Position numbers and translations under genes: made by a program. A stretch of DNA of 64,000 bases from an uncultured Dehalococcoidia bacterium (GTDB taxonomy: Bacteria > Chloroflexota > Dehalococcoidia > Lucifugimonadales > UBA2985), in assembly GCA_964578255.1 (NCBI GenBank), contig CAZOCC010000006.1, positions 4,923 to 68,922 of the forward strand. The letters are read 5' to 3'. Positions 23,235 to 33,228 of this stretch are shown piece by piece; the first letter of the stretch is position 1; each line of letters opens with the position of its first letter. The notes below the pieces were generated by a model. It worked only from the letters and a program-made list of their open reading frames with translations, had not been told where the DNA came from and did no database searches.

Positions 23235-23359
23235 AACGATACCTGTTTTTCAAAATAGTTCCCGAGATTCTGGCGACGAGTTTAGCACAGTCACCCTGGA
23301 GTAGAAAACTGTCACCTTGGAATGAAAGAATTGGCACGATACGTGTAATATTTGCAAGA

Positions 23360-24262
23360 TCAACCCTCAATAAACATTCTCTTAGAGTCAGCCAAGAATT
23401 GCGTGGCTCCTGCGTAATCTCTCCTGCCGTACTTCCCTATACGGGGTATGAAGTATATTTTATTTACACCATTATCAATAAACTCGTGTAACAATTCCAA
23501 CGCTACATCAATTCCTTCTCTACCTTTCACTAAGTCCATCCGTATTGATTCTGGCATTGCACCAAATATAGGACCCTCAAGATTAGGAACCTGCAAACCG
23601 ACAAATATTGGTGCATCAATTGTTTGACCATTAAGTTTTTCGTATTCGATCATGAAATTTGCGAACTTAGTTAATTCATAAACCGGTTCGGTGACAAAAA
23701 AATCCACACCAGATTGAACCTTCCTATAGGTTAACTTGGCTTGTTTAACTAAGTCATTTGAAACACTTATAGATGACCCAATACAAAAGTCCGTGGTACT
23801 TGGCATTGAATAGCCTCGGTAATCCACCCCACAATTCATCGCTTTCAACGCCGCTACTAGGCCAGGAGTATTATAATCATTAACATTCTTAGTCATTGAC
23901 GGCTCATCATCCATGAACTTATCCCCTCTAACAATGAGAACATTGTGTATACCCAATCTAGCGGCACCCAACATATAATTTTGTATTGCCAGCTTATTCA
24001 TATCCCTAGTTGAGACTGTAAAAATAACTTCCTGATTCGTGTTCTGTGATATTTCATAAGCAGCAACCAATGAATCCACTCGTACCGATTTACCAGGACT
24101 ATAAGCTATCGATACGAAATCCGCCCCCAATGTGCTGGCTTCATCGGCTATCGGCTTGTTTAAATCCCTAGGCGGCGAGAAATCACATATAGTTGTGAGT
24201 CTTTCGTCACTATGAAATACACTATCAGTTACTTTAAACAAATAATCTCCAGCCACTATCAT
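23360..24262 (-). CDS. methylenetetrahydrofolate reductase (MetF/MTHFR) family protein
   Basis: By eye it aligns with E. coli MetF: FSPPR vs FFPPR, FVSIAYSPGKS vs FVSVTYGANSG, LIVRGDKF vs VALRGDLP, VQSGVDFFVTEPVY vs VDAGANRAITQFFF. Confidence 0.6.
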   Translation of the reverse strand: MIVAGDYLFKVTDSVFHSDERLTTICDFSPPRDLNKPIADEASTLGADFVSIAYSPGKSVRVDSLVAAYEISQNTNQEVIFTVSTRDMNKLAIQNYMLGAARLGIHNVLIVRGDKFMDDEPSMTKNVNDYNTPGLVAALKAMNCGVDYRGYSMPSTTDFCIGSSISVSNDLVKQAKLTYRKVQSGVDFFVTEPVYELTKFANFMIEYEKLNGQTIDAPIFVGLQVPNLEGPIFGAMPESIRMDLVKGREGIDVALELLHEFIDNGVNKIYFIPRIGKYGRRDYAGATQFLADSKRMFIEG

Positions 24263-24489
24263 TTAGAACATGATAAATGTTATTCTCCACGGCCCGTGGC
24301 AATACATTCTACAAGGACTACCTGATACTAACAACGCCATAGGTATCATAAAGAAAACGACATTGCGGATAACTAGTTAGTCCTACATCAAATGGAATAA
24401 TGTGATCATTCCAGAAACAACATCCAATGCCCATGCGAGCACTTTACAGGCAAACCCAGTAGCCTTAAAATATAGTGCAGTTGTAGAGA

Positions 24490-25008
24490 GTGATAGCTAT
24501 AGGCCTCTCGGCTTTTAGCGTAGTTGGAGGGCCCAGATTGCCATATAAGCGTAACTATCTAACTAGAGAAGGATTGAACAGACTAGAGGCGGAGCTGGAG
24601 GACCTCAGGACAGACCGTCGTCAGTCCGTCGCGGAACAGATCCAGAAAGCCAAGGAATTGGGTGGTTCTGTTGATAATGCGGAATACGAAGACTCCAAGA
24701 ATCAACAGGCCTTTGTAGAGGGACGAATCTTGACCCTAGAGAAAATGATCAATAAAGCCGTCCTAATTGAGGAAAATGAAAAGCCCACTAAGAATGTAGA
24801 AATTGGTAGACATGTTACCCTAATAAATCAAACCGGCAAGAAGGAAGAGTACACTATAGTAGGGAGCGTAGAGGCTGATCCTGGTAGAGGTCGTATCTCA
24901 AATGAATCACCGGTCGGTATGGCATTGTTAAACAAGAAGGTGGGTCAAAAGGTGCAGGTCAAAACTCCTGCCGGTTTAGTTACCCTAACAATCTCTAGCA
25001 TAGGCTAG
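24490..25008 (+). CDS. greA: transcription elongation factor GreA
   Basis: LTREGLNRLEAELEDLR coiled-coil start and a C-terminal FKBP-like domain (ISNESPVGMALLNKKVGQ). The more likely start is the TTG at 24538, 6 nt after GGAGGG. Confidence 0.9.
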   Translation: MIAIGLSAFSVVGGPRLPYKRNYLTREGLNRLEAELEDLRTDRRQSVAEQIQKAKELGGSVDNAEYEDSKNQQAFVEGRILTLEKMINKAVLIEENEKPTKNVEIGRHVTLINQTGKKEEYTIVGSVEADPGRGRISNESPVGMALLNKKVGQKVQVKTPAGLVTLTISSIG

Positions 25009-25035
25009 TTAAGGACAGGTTATACCCAATCTATC

Positions 25036-26523
25036 ATGGATACAAAAGGTGGAGACCTACTTCACAGCCGACAAGCTAAACTTAAGCGACTTATAGATAA
25101 AGGGATAGATCCATTCCCTGTGGATTATAGTCGCTCGCATAATATTGCTAGCGCAATAGAGTTCTTCAACATCAATAATGACCCTGCAGATACTGACCCC
25201 TCTAATGATTCTTTATCCTTAGCCGGTAGAATTATGACACTGAGAGTCATGGGAAAGGCTACATTCCTACATATCCAAGATTCAACTGGCACAATACAGG
25301 TGCATCTACGAAAAGACATCCTGAATCAAGATTATGATATTGCAAGGGATTTGGACTTGGGTGACTTTATTGGGGTAGAAGGATCTATGTTCATAACCCG
25401 CACTGGTGAGATCACCATAGAGACACAAAAACTGACTTTTCTCGCCAAGGCCATGCGCCCATTACCGGAAAAATGGCACGGTCTATCCGATATAGAAACC
25501 AGACATAGACAAAGATACCTGGACCTTATAACCAACGAAGAAGCCCGCTCCAACTTCAAGCTGCGTAGTAGAATTATAAGTAAAATACGTGGGTTCATGG
25601 ATTCTCGGGGTTTTATTGAGGTTGAGACTCCGGTGTTGGTACCGATTGCCGCTGGTGCCATGGCGCAGCCCTTTATAACACACCATAACGCATTGGACCA
25701 AGAATTGTACCTGCGCATCGCTACTGAACTCTACCTTAAGAGATTAATAGTAGGTGGACTAGACAAGGTCTACGAGATAGGCCGTGTATTCCGAAACGAA
25801 GGTATTGACCAGGACCACAATCCTGAGTTTACTTTGCTTGAAAGTTATGAAGCATACGCCAATTACAAAGACGTGATGTATATGGTGGAAGCTATGATAT
25901 CTGAAACTTTAAATCATGTCCTAGGTACCACCAAAGTCAGATTCGGTGAAAACATAATAGACTTTGGTCCACCTTGGGAAAAACTTGATCTTAGAAATAT
26001 TGTGAAAAAATGCAGCGGCATTGATTTTGAGGAATTCACTGACCCCTCTGATCTAGCAGATCAGATCAAGCGACTGGGCATACAAGTAGAAGAACCTAGC
26101 AGCAGAGGAAGACTGATAGACAAATTGGTCTCAGCCACCGTAGAACCAACCCTTATACAGCCCACATTTTTGTTAGACTACCCTGTGGACATGTCTCCTT
26201 TAGCTAAACAAAAGACAGATACTCCTGGCTTTGTAGAGCGCTTTGAAGGATTCGCTGGTGGTATGGAAATAGCTAATTCATTTAGTGAACTAAACAATCC
26301 TGAAGAGCAGCGCAAACGCTTCGTCGAGCAAGATAAACTGCGAGAAAGCTTGTCTCTGGATGAAGATATGGATAGGCTGGATGAAGACTTCTTGATTGCA
26401 ATCGAACATGGTATGCCACCTACAGGTGGATTAGGGATCGGGATAGATCGTCTTACAATGTTAATCACTGGACAGACCTCTATAAGAGAGGTAATCCTCT
26501 TCCCCCAACTGAGGCAGAGATAA
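25036..26523 (+). CDS. lysS: lysyl-tRNA synthetase, class II
   Basis: 495 aa. OB-fold N-domain and class II motifs FRNEG and GGLGIGIDRL. Confidence 0.97.
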   Translation: MDTKGGDLLHSRQAKLKRLIDKGIDPFPVDYSRSHNIASAIEFFNINNDPADTDPSNDSLSLAGRIMTLRVMGKATFLHIQDSTGTIQVHLRKDILNQDYDIARDLDLGDFIGVEGSMFITRTGEITIETQKLTFLAKAMRPLPEKWHGLSDIETRHRQRYLDLITNEEARSNFKLRSRIISKIRGFMDSRGFIEVETPVLVPIAAGAMAQPFITHHNALDQELYLRIATELYLKRLIVGGLDKVYEIGRVFRNEGIDQDHNPEFTLLESYEAYANYKDVMYMVEAMISETLNHVLGTTKVRFGENIIDFGPPWEKLDLRNIVKKCSGIDFEEFTDPSDLADQIKRLGIQVEEPSSRGRLIDKLVSATVEPTLIQPTFLLDYPVDMSPLAKQKTDTPGFVERFEGFAGGMEIANSFSELNNPEEQRKRFVEQDKLRESLSLDEDMDRLDEDFLIAIEHGMPPTGGLGIGIDRLTMLITGQTSIREVILFPQLRQR

Positions 26524-27915
26524 ATGCTGAACATAGAACTTATAAGGCAGAATCCTTCCAGTGCCTCTACTGCCCTCGGCCGTAGGGGTGAAGAAACAGA
26601 TATAGAACGTGTCTTGATTATGGATGAACGTAGAAGAGGAGCCCAAACGAAAGCTAACAATGCAAGTGAAACCAAGAATACGGCGTCTAAATTCTTTGGA
26701 TTTCTCAGAAGAGTAACCCAAGACAAATACAAACTCACCCCTGATGACTACAATGAACCAGTTCCTACCCACTTGTCCGAATATATTGGAAAATCGTCAG
26801 TCCAGGAACTATTAGAGATTCCCACGCAAACACTACTCGAACAGGCGCAAAACGCAATGCGTGATATATCAAAGGAAGCCGACGAATTAGTCAAAGAGGC
26901 ATCCATAATTGACGTCGAACTAAACGAACTATTGTTAACTATACCAAATATACCTTTGCAAGACGTCCCATCCGGTTATGACGAGTCATCAAATATCGTC
27001 GTACGGACACATGGGAATCCCAAGACATTTGAATTCACCCCGCTAGCACACTGGGATTTAGGTGAACGTCTCGGGATAATTGACATGCCCAGAGGATCCA
27101 AGATATCTGGTTCTAGGTTTTTTACTTTGATGGGACCCGGAGCCAGATTGCAACGTGCTCTCATTTCATGGATGATAGATTGGCACGTCCAACACGGTTC
27201 TTTCAAGGAAGTTTATCTGCCATTTTTGGTTCGCAGAGACACCATGCTAGGAAGCGGCAACCTACCAAAATTTGAGGAAAATCTCTACCACGATTTGGAA
27301 GACGACCTTTGGCTCATACCTACAGCTGAGGTACCCCTGACTGGTCTTCATAAGGACGAAATATTGGATGCATCTTCTCTTCCAATTTATTACGTGGCGC
27401 ACACACCATCATTCCGTAGAGAAAAAGCCGCCGCAGGTAAGGATACTAGAGGTATAAAAAGAGTACACCAATTTGACAAGGTGGAACTTTACAAAATAGT
27501 AGCACCAGAATCATCAAATACAGAACTGGATAAACTTGTGAACAATGCGGAAGAGATATGCCAACAATTAGACATACCCTACAGGCTTATACAATTATGC
27601 GCTGGAGATATGAGTTTCCCCTCTGCAAAATCGTTTGACTTAGAGATGTGGGCTCCCGGATGTCAGGAGTGGCTAGAAGTCAGTTCCTGTTCCAACTGTA
27701 CCGACTTCCAGGCTAGGAGGGCAAATATCAGGTATAGACCGAAGGCAGGTGATAGACCTGCATTTGTTCACACATTGAACGGTTCAGGACTAGCGTTACC
27801 CAGAGTTTTAATAGCCATCATGGAGAACTATCAACAATCTGACGGCTCTATACTGGTTCCCGATGTCCTACAACCCTACATGAACCAGAATGTAATCAAG
27901 AACATATTAAAGTAA
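26524..27915 (+). CDS. serS: seryl-tRNA synthetase (with an enlarged N-terminal arm)
   Basis: MLNIELIRQNP, TAEVPL, FRRE and GSGLALPR. The ATG directly abuts the lysS TAA. At 463 aa it is longer than the usual 420-430 aa. Confidence 0.95.
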   Translation: MLNIELIRQNPSSASTALGRRGEETDIERVLIMDERRRGAQTKANNASETKNTASKFFGFLRRVTQDKYKLTPDDYNEPVPTHLSEYIGKSSVQELLEIPTQTLLEQAQNAMRDISKEADELVKEASIIDVELNELLLTIPNIPLQDVPSGYDESSNIVVRTHGNPKTFEFTPLAHWDLGERLGIIDMPRGSKISGSRFFTLMGPGARLQRALISWMIDWHVQHGSFKEVYLPFLVRRDTMLGSGNLPKFEENLYHDLEDDLWLIPTAEVPLTGLHKDEILDASSLPIYYVAHTPSFRREKAAAGKDTRGIKRVHQFDKVELYKIVAPESSNTELDKLVNNAEEICQQLDIPYRLIQLCAGDMSFPSAKSFDLEMWAPGCQEWLEVSSCSNCTDFQARRANIRYRPKAGDRPAFVHTLNGSGLALPRVLIAIMENYQQSDGSILVPDVLQPYMNQNVIKNILK

Positions 27916-27989
27916 CATACTAGTACTTGGCACAGGATCCACATCTCCCGAATATTGGAGTCACATGGAATGTATAGAAAGGAATAATT

Positions 27990-28361
27990 ATGGATCGAGA
28001 CATAACGGTTATTATAGATGATTTACCGGGAACTCTGGCGCAAGTAGGAGAAGCACTTGGCAATGCTGGCATAAACATAGGAGGATATTGTTCGTTTCCA
28101 TCTGGCGGGAAAAGTTTCCTTCACATACTGGTAGAGGACGTGGCTGGTGCTCGTAAGGCATTAAGCGGACTCGGTCTAAGTATTGCACAGGAAAGAGATG
28201 TGGTAACCGTGGATATGGAAGACAACCCGGGAGAACTCGGCAAGATCTCAAGGAAAATCGCTAATGCCGGAATCAACATAAACATGGTTTATATGGGAAC
28301 CAACTCTAGACTCGTTATAGCAGCATATGATATCGACAATGCTAAGGCTGCTTTGGAATAA
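27990..28361 (+). CDS. ACT domain-containing protein
   Basis: Two ACT-like beta-alpha-beta-beta-alpha-beta repeats with GxxAxxxxxLxxxxINI patterns (LGNAGINIGG, IANAGININM). Confidence 0.7.
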   Translation: MDRDITVIIDDLPGTLAQVGEALGNAGINIGGYCSFPSGGKSFLHILVEDVAGARKALSGLGLSIAQERDVVTVDMEDNPGELGKISRKIANAGININMVYMGTNSRLVIAAYDIDNAKAALE

Positions 28362-28428
28362 TAGATCACATTGTCGTCGATGTTAATTCAACGCTGCCAT
28401 GGTTCCATAAAACAGAGGGGATCTGATA

Positions 28429-29601
28429 TTAATTTATGAATATTACTTCAGTTTGTACATCTGTTGTAACAATAACCCCGGACTCTCCCAAAAACACGTC
28501 AATCTCCGACCTCATACCAAAATCCTCCATATAGAGGCCTGGTTCGATAGTAACTCCTAAATTTGGAGTCAGTACTCTGGTGTCATAAGTCTCAAAGCCA
28601 TCAAGATTGACAGCCTCCCCATGCACTTCCAATCCTAAGCTATGACCCAATCTATGAGTGAAATAACGGCCGTATCCTCGCTCCACGATCAAATCTCTAG
28701 CAACAGAATCAACCTGCCAACCCCGCGGGTATTCTCCTTTGAGGTAACATTGCTCCAAAAACCCCAATGCAGTATCCCTAGCCAGAAGTACTAGATCAAA
28801 AGCTTCCCTGTAGCGCTTAGGCAAATCATCCCCCACGTATGCAACCCAAGTTATATCGGCAAACACATCCCGATCCCCAAACCCCTTGGCCCACATGTCA
28901 ATCAATATCCAACTGCCCTGCTGTATTGTTAAAGATTCATGCATATCTGGCAAATAATGTGGATCACTGCTATGAGCATCAACAGCAACAACAGGACCGT
29001 CATAGGCCAACAAATTTTCTTCTTGAAAACGCTCTTGGATAAAGTGCATTACATCTAACTCAGATACCCCGCCGTCCAATCTTCGTCCCACATAATCAAA
29101 GGATTCCTTTACAATCGAGCTTAGTTTGTTTGCGGCGTCTTTATGAGACTTCAGTTGTCCAGCACTCCATTGCTGCATGGAGTGTTGGATTAAATCAGCA
29201 GAGGAAATAATCTCCACGCCTAGATTTCTAATGATATCCATAGTGCCACCGTCTACAACAGATATCCTAGGCAACATAGCCATAGGGGAATATTCCATCG
29301 CCACACGTACACATCCAGTCATAAAGGCGGAGAGTTGATCTAGCAAAGACTGATAACTCGTATAGTCACGTTTGTCACAAATCAAGTCTGAGAAACGACC
29401 TATGTCAACATGATGAACCAATAATGTCGGATCAGCGTTGGCAGGTATGAAAAAGAACACAGGTCTAGTAACCATGGATGTATTGCCAAGAATATTGGAT
29501 AAAACGGGATTCGATTGGCGATATCCATAGATCAACCAACCATCCACGTCGTGCCTAGACATATATGCCTTGGATTTCGCAATTAATTCTTCATCAATCA
29601 A
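28429..29601 (-). CDS. M24 family Xaa-Pro peptidase
   Basis: Creatinase/prolidase-like N-domain. C-terminal pita-bread motifs DMWA...DITW, HRLGHSLGLEVHG and EPGLY. Confidence 0.8.
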   Translation of the reverse strand: MIDEELIAKSKAYMSRHDVDGWLIYGYRQSNPVLSNILGNTSMVTRPVFFFIPANADPTLLVHHVDIGRFSDLICDKRDYTSYQSLLDQLSAFMTGCVRVAMEYSPMAMLPRISVVDGGTMDIIRNLGVEIISSADLIQHSMQQWSAGQLKSHKDAANKLSSIVKESFDYVGRRLDGGVSELDVMHFIQERFQEENLLAYDGPVVAVDAHSSDPHYLPDMHESLTIQQGSWILIDMWAKGFGDRDVFADITWVAYVGDDLPKRYREAFDLVLLARDTALGFLEQCYLKGEYPRGWQVDSVARDLIVERGYGRYFTHRLGHSLGLEVHGEAVNLDGFETYDTRVLTPNLGVTIEPGLYMEDFGMRSEIDVFLGESGVIVTTDVQTEVIFIN

Positions 29602-29722
29602 TTAGACATTCCTTTCCCTTACACATCACTCTCATCAATTTTATCAGCTAATTCGACTAACTAAGTATACTAGTGTTTTCTCAATTATTATCTATTTTGC
29701 GGATTCATAATGCCAATATTCG

Positions 29723-29751
29723 TTGACATATGAGACCCGCTTACCTATAAT
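29723..29751 (+). promoter_or_regulatory. near-consensus sigma70-type promoter upstream of the TetR gene
   Basis: TTGACA (29723-29728), exactly 17 nt spacer, TATAAT (29746-29751). Confidence 0.5.
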
Positions 29752-29767
29752 GTGAGTACACGCTTAC

Positions 29768-30406
29768 TTGCTAGGCTTCTCCCCATTTTTTATGAGTATG
29801 TACACCAAAATATCGCGCCAAAGTTCCGTGTTGCGTCGCAGTCAGATAATCGACGCAGCTATCAATTTAATCACTGAAAAAGGCATGGAATTTGTCACCA
29901 TCGATGCCATTGCTGACGAGGTAGGTTTAACAGAAGGGGCAATATACCGCCATTTCACCAGCAAAAAGCAAATTTTGACGTCTGTGATAGAGGAAATTGA
30001 AAGCAACCTGCTGCAAACTATCCACACCGCTAAACAGAGAGGTAGTAGCCCCATAGAGAGTCTCGAGTTTATCTTAGAAGCTCACCTAAGTGATGTCGAA
30101 AGCCGCCGGGCAGCCTCCTTCATAATAATCTCAGAAGCCATGGGTTTCGACGGCATAGGCCTCAGTCCCAGGGTATCTTTAATGCTTACCAATTATCTGC
30201 GATTTCTAGAACAATGCATCAGTGAAGGAATCACAGATGGCACAATAAGACCTGGAGTTGACATAAACGCTGCGGCTACGGCTTTCCTAGGCCTGATACA
30301 AAGTACTGCGACTATGTGGGCACTTAACGACCATTCCACAAAGCTTGCCGCTCGTCGCGAACAAATGTGGGACATTTATAAAAGAGGTATTTGTAATGGT
30401 CACTAG
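29768..30406 (+). CDS. TetR/AcrR family transcriptional regulator
   Basis: HTH VTIDAIADEVGLTEGAIYRHFTSK. The true start is possibly the ATG at 29792 or 29798. Confidence 0.85.
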   Translation: MLGFSPFFMSMYTKISRQSSVLRRSQIIDAAINLITEKGMEFVTIDAIADEVGLTEGAIYRHFTSKKQILTSVIEEIESNLLQTIHTAKQRGSSPIESLEFILEAHLSDVESRRAASFIIISEAMGFDGIGLSPRVSLMLTNYLRFLEQCISEGITDGTIRPGVDINAAATAFLGLIQSTATMWALNDHSTKLAARREQMWDIYKRGICNGH

Positions 30407-30589
30407 CTGTTGTCTGAAAAAACCTGCATGTGTTAGATACTAAAAACATCAACTTCTAATGCATGAGGGCTGGTTGATATATCAGCATCCATCTTTTTAT
30501 TAGGTTGGTTGCTGATGCTGGATAGGTAACCGATTGAAATTTTCAACCGCATTGCGGGAAAGCCAAGAAACTAGCAAAGGAGATTATCC

Positions 30590-31870
30590 ATGAGCTTGAA
30601 TAATGGCCAAAATATGGGTACGGACACCGTACCAGAAGACTTTGGCGAGGTTTGTGTATCAGTTGAAAACCTATGGAAAATATTCGGTCCGTCACCAGAG
30701 ACCGTAATGGACGGAGAGAATTCGCTTAAGAGCAAAAACGAAATACAGGAAGAGTTGGGTAACGTGGTAGCCTTAAAAGATGTCAGCTTCGAAGTGCGCC
30801 GCGGAGAAACCTTTGTCGTCATGGGCCTTTCCGGTAGTGGCAAATCCACTCTAGTAAGATGCCTCACTCGCCTAATAGAACCGAATGCAGGTTCAGTATT
30901 CGTGGATAATGAAGATGTAATATCGTTCAACAATAATAAACTGACCCAATTCCGAAGAAAAAAGACTGCAATGGTTTTTCAACACTTTGGGTTACTACCC
31001 AACAGAACAATTGTGGATAATGTAGCCTTTGGCCTTGAAATACAAGGGGTTGATAAGGCGACTAGGAAAGAGAAAGCAACTGAGGTTCTGGAAGTGGTAG
31101 GCCTACGAGGCTGGGAGGACAACTATACCACCCAACTTAGCGGTGGTATGCAACAAAGAGTAGGCCTTGCTAGAGCCTTGGCCGTAAACCCGGAGATCCT
31201 CCTGATGGACGAGCCTTTCAGTGCATTGGATCCACTGATACGCCGAGAGATGCAGGACGAACTGTTAAGGCTTCAGGCTGAACTAAAAAAGACTATTGTA
31301 TTTATCACGCACGATCTGGATGAAGCCCTTAGATTAGGAGACAGAATCGCCATTATGAGAGATGGGGAGATAATCCAGTTGGGTGTCCCTGAAGAAATTA
31401 TTGAGAACCCCGTTGATTCATACGTGGAGGATTTCATAAGGAGCATTTCCAGAACAAGAGTACTGGGTGCGGCCAGTATCATGAAAGATTCCGAGGTGGT
31501 GCTTCATGATACCCAGACTACCAAGGAAGTGTTAAACAGTCTCTCTGCCCATAAGGAAGATTATGCGTTCATACTTGATAATAATGGCAAGCTATCCGGC
31601 GTGGCCGATAAAGACGATCTGCAAAACCTTTTAGACCAAGGCGAGAATTCGATTGGAACGGTCATTAGCGTTGATCCTCCAATATTTAATATCGCATATT
31701 CTGATACACCTATAGACGAATTGGTCATATTGTCCGCCATGAGTGACTGTCCGATAGCTGTCACAGACGGAGAGAACAATCTGTTGGGCGTGGTATCTAG
31801 AGGAGAACTCCTTCACAGCATAGCCGAGAGCCAGCAGGCTCAACAAGGAGGAGTAGTCACTCCTCAATAA
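30590..31870 (+). CDS. proV: glycine betaine/proline-type ABC transporter ATPase with tandem C-terminal CBS domains
   Basis: Walker A GLSGSGKST, signature LSGGMQQRV, Walker B LLMDEPFSALD, and a CBS pair at the C-terminus. Confidence 0.9.
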   Translation: MSLNNGQNMGTDTVPEDFGEVCVSVENLWKIFGPSPETVMDGENSLKSKNEIQEELGNVVALKDVSFEVRRGETFVVMGLSGSGKSTLVRCLTRLIEPNAGSVFVDNEDVISFNNNKLTQFRRKKTAMVFQHFGLLPNRTIVDNVAFGLEIQGVDKATRKEKATEVLEVVGLRGWEDNYTTQLSGGMQQRVGLARALAVNPEILLMDEPFSALDPLIRREMQDELLRLQAELKKTIVFITHDLDEALRLGDRIAIMRDGEIIQLGVPEEIIENPVDSYVEDFIRSISRTRVLGAASIMKDSEVVLHDTQTTKEVLNSLSAHKEDYAFILDNNGKLSGVADKDDLQNLLDQGENSIGTVISVDPPIFNIAYSDTPIDELVILSAMSDCPIAVTDGENNLLGVVSRGELLHSIAESQQAQQGGVVTPQ

Positions 31871-31893
31871 ATCGTAAGGTAGAAATTAACATT

Positions 31894-33120
31894 ATGATGA
31901 ATATAAAGAACTTATACACCTCAGACGGCACTATATTACAAAAGATTATGCCTTACGCAGTTACCATCATTGGACTAATAATTGCAGTAGATCTGGCTCT
32001 AAGATTTATGGAAGGCCCTGTAATGGATTTCTTCTTCCCAAAATTGTACTTCTGGATCTTTGCAGTCCTGATGCTATCCTTGATGGTAACCACTGTCAGG
32101 GCAATGGATACCCCTCTTAAAAAATATCTGTCAATGTCCATATTTGTACTACTTTCACTATTCGCCATGTATGGTACGCCGGACCAATTTCCATTCTACG
32201 CCCCAGGCCAAGATCAACACGTTATAGAGGGAGAGCGTACGCGGGCCGTTGAAAAAATAGAATACTCCGTGGCTGGCACTGAGATACGGCCTGGAGCACT
32301 CGACAACAGAGTTGATGTGGTGGTCCTGTGGTTAAAGGTGAAATATAAGGCATTTTTCCGAGCAATCGTGGCAAATCTTCTTAAAGCAATGGTTCCACTT
32401 GATAGAGCCCTAGGCGAGATGCCAATGTGGATTTTCATGGCTGCTGTTTACCTGATTGCCTGGAGAGTGACCAATTACCGTATAGCAATTGGTAGTGTGG
32501 CAGGATTATCCTTCATAAGTATCTTTGATTTATGGCCAGGAGCTATGACAACCATGACAGTAGTTGGGACAGCAACATTTCTTTCTATGGTGCTGTCCAT
32601 ACCAATAGGCATAGCAATGTCGAAAAGTGACAGAATAGAAGCAGCAATGCGTCCTGTCCTGGACATGGCTCAAACCATGCCGAGTTTCGTTTACCTAATC
32701 CCTGCCATATTTTTCCTTGGCATTGGAATGGTACCTGCTGTATTCGCTACTATCGTGTACGCAGTCCCTCCAGGAATAAGATTAACGAATCTTGGAATAC
32801 GATTGGTTTCTCCCGAACTTAAGGAGGCAGCTAGAGCCTTTGGGACCACTCCATGGCAAATGCTGGTTAAAGTAGAATTACCCCTTGCCAGGCCTACTAT
32901 TATGGCCGGGATGAATCAGACGGTTATGATGGCTCTTGCGATGGTTGTAATCGCTACCCTTGTAGGCGCCGGAGGCCTAGGATCTGACGTATATGCTGGG
33001 GTACAACAGCTTGAATTTGGTAGAGGCCTCATGGGGGGTATAGCCATAGTTGTCTTAGCTGTAATAATCGACCGCATTTCCCAAGGCTTTGCGCAGGATC
33101 CAACAGCAAAACGGGATTAG
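31894..33120 (+). CDS. proW: glycine betaine/proline-type ABC transporter permease
   Basis: EAA loop EAARAFGTTPWQMLVKVELPLARPTIMAG and a long N-terminal extension as in ProW/OpuAB. Confidence 0.9.
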   Translation: MMNIKNLYTSDGTILQKIMPYAVTIIGLIIAVDLALRFMEGPVMDFFFPKLYFWIFAVLMLSLMVTTVRAMDTPLKKYLSMSIFVLLSLFAMYGTPDQFPFYAPGQDQHVIEGERTRAVEKIEYSVAGTEIRPGALDNRVDVVVLWLKVKYKAFFRAIVANLLKAMVPLDRALGEMPMWIFMAAVYLIAWRVTNYRIAIGSVAGLSFISIFDLWPGAMTTMTVVGTATFLSMVLSIPIGIAMSKSDRIEAAMRPVLDMAQTMPSFVYLIPAIFFLGIGMVPAVFATIVYAVPPGIRLTNLGIRLVSPELKEAARAFGTTPWQMLVKVELPLARPTIMAGMNQTVMMALAMVVIATLVGAGGLGSDVYAGVQQLEFGRGLMGGIAIVVLAVIIDRISQGFAQDPTAKRD

Positions 33121-33228
33121 GGATAACACAGCAACATACCGTAACTAAAGATACAGTCTCGGCAATAAACATAGGGCATCATTTGGATCACCAAATGATT
33201 ATTCTGGGTTTGCTGTTTCTATCCCGTC

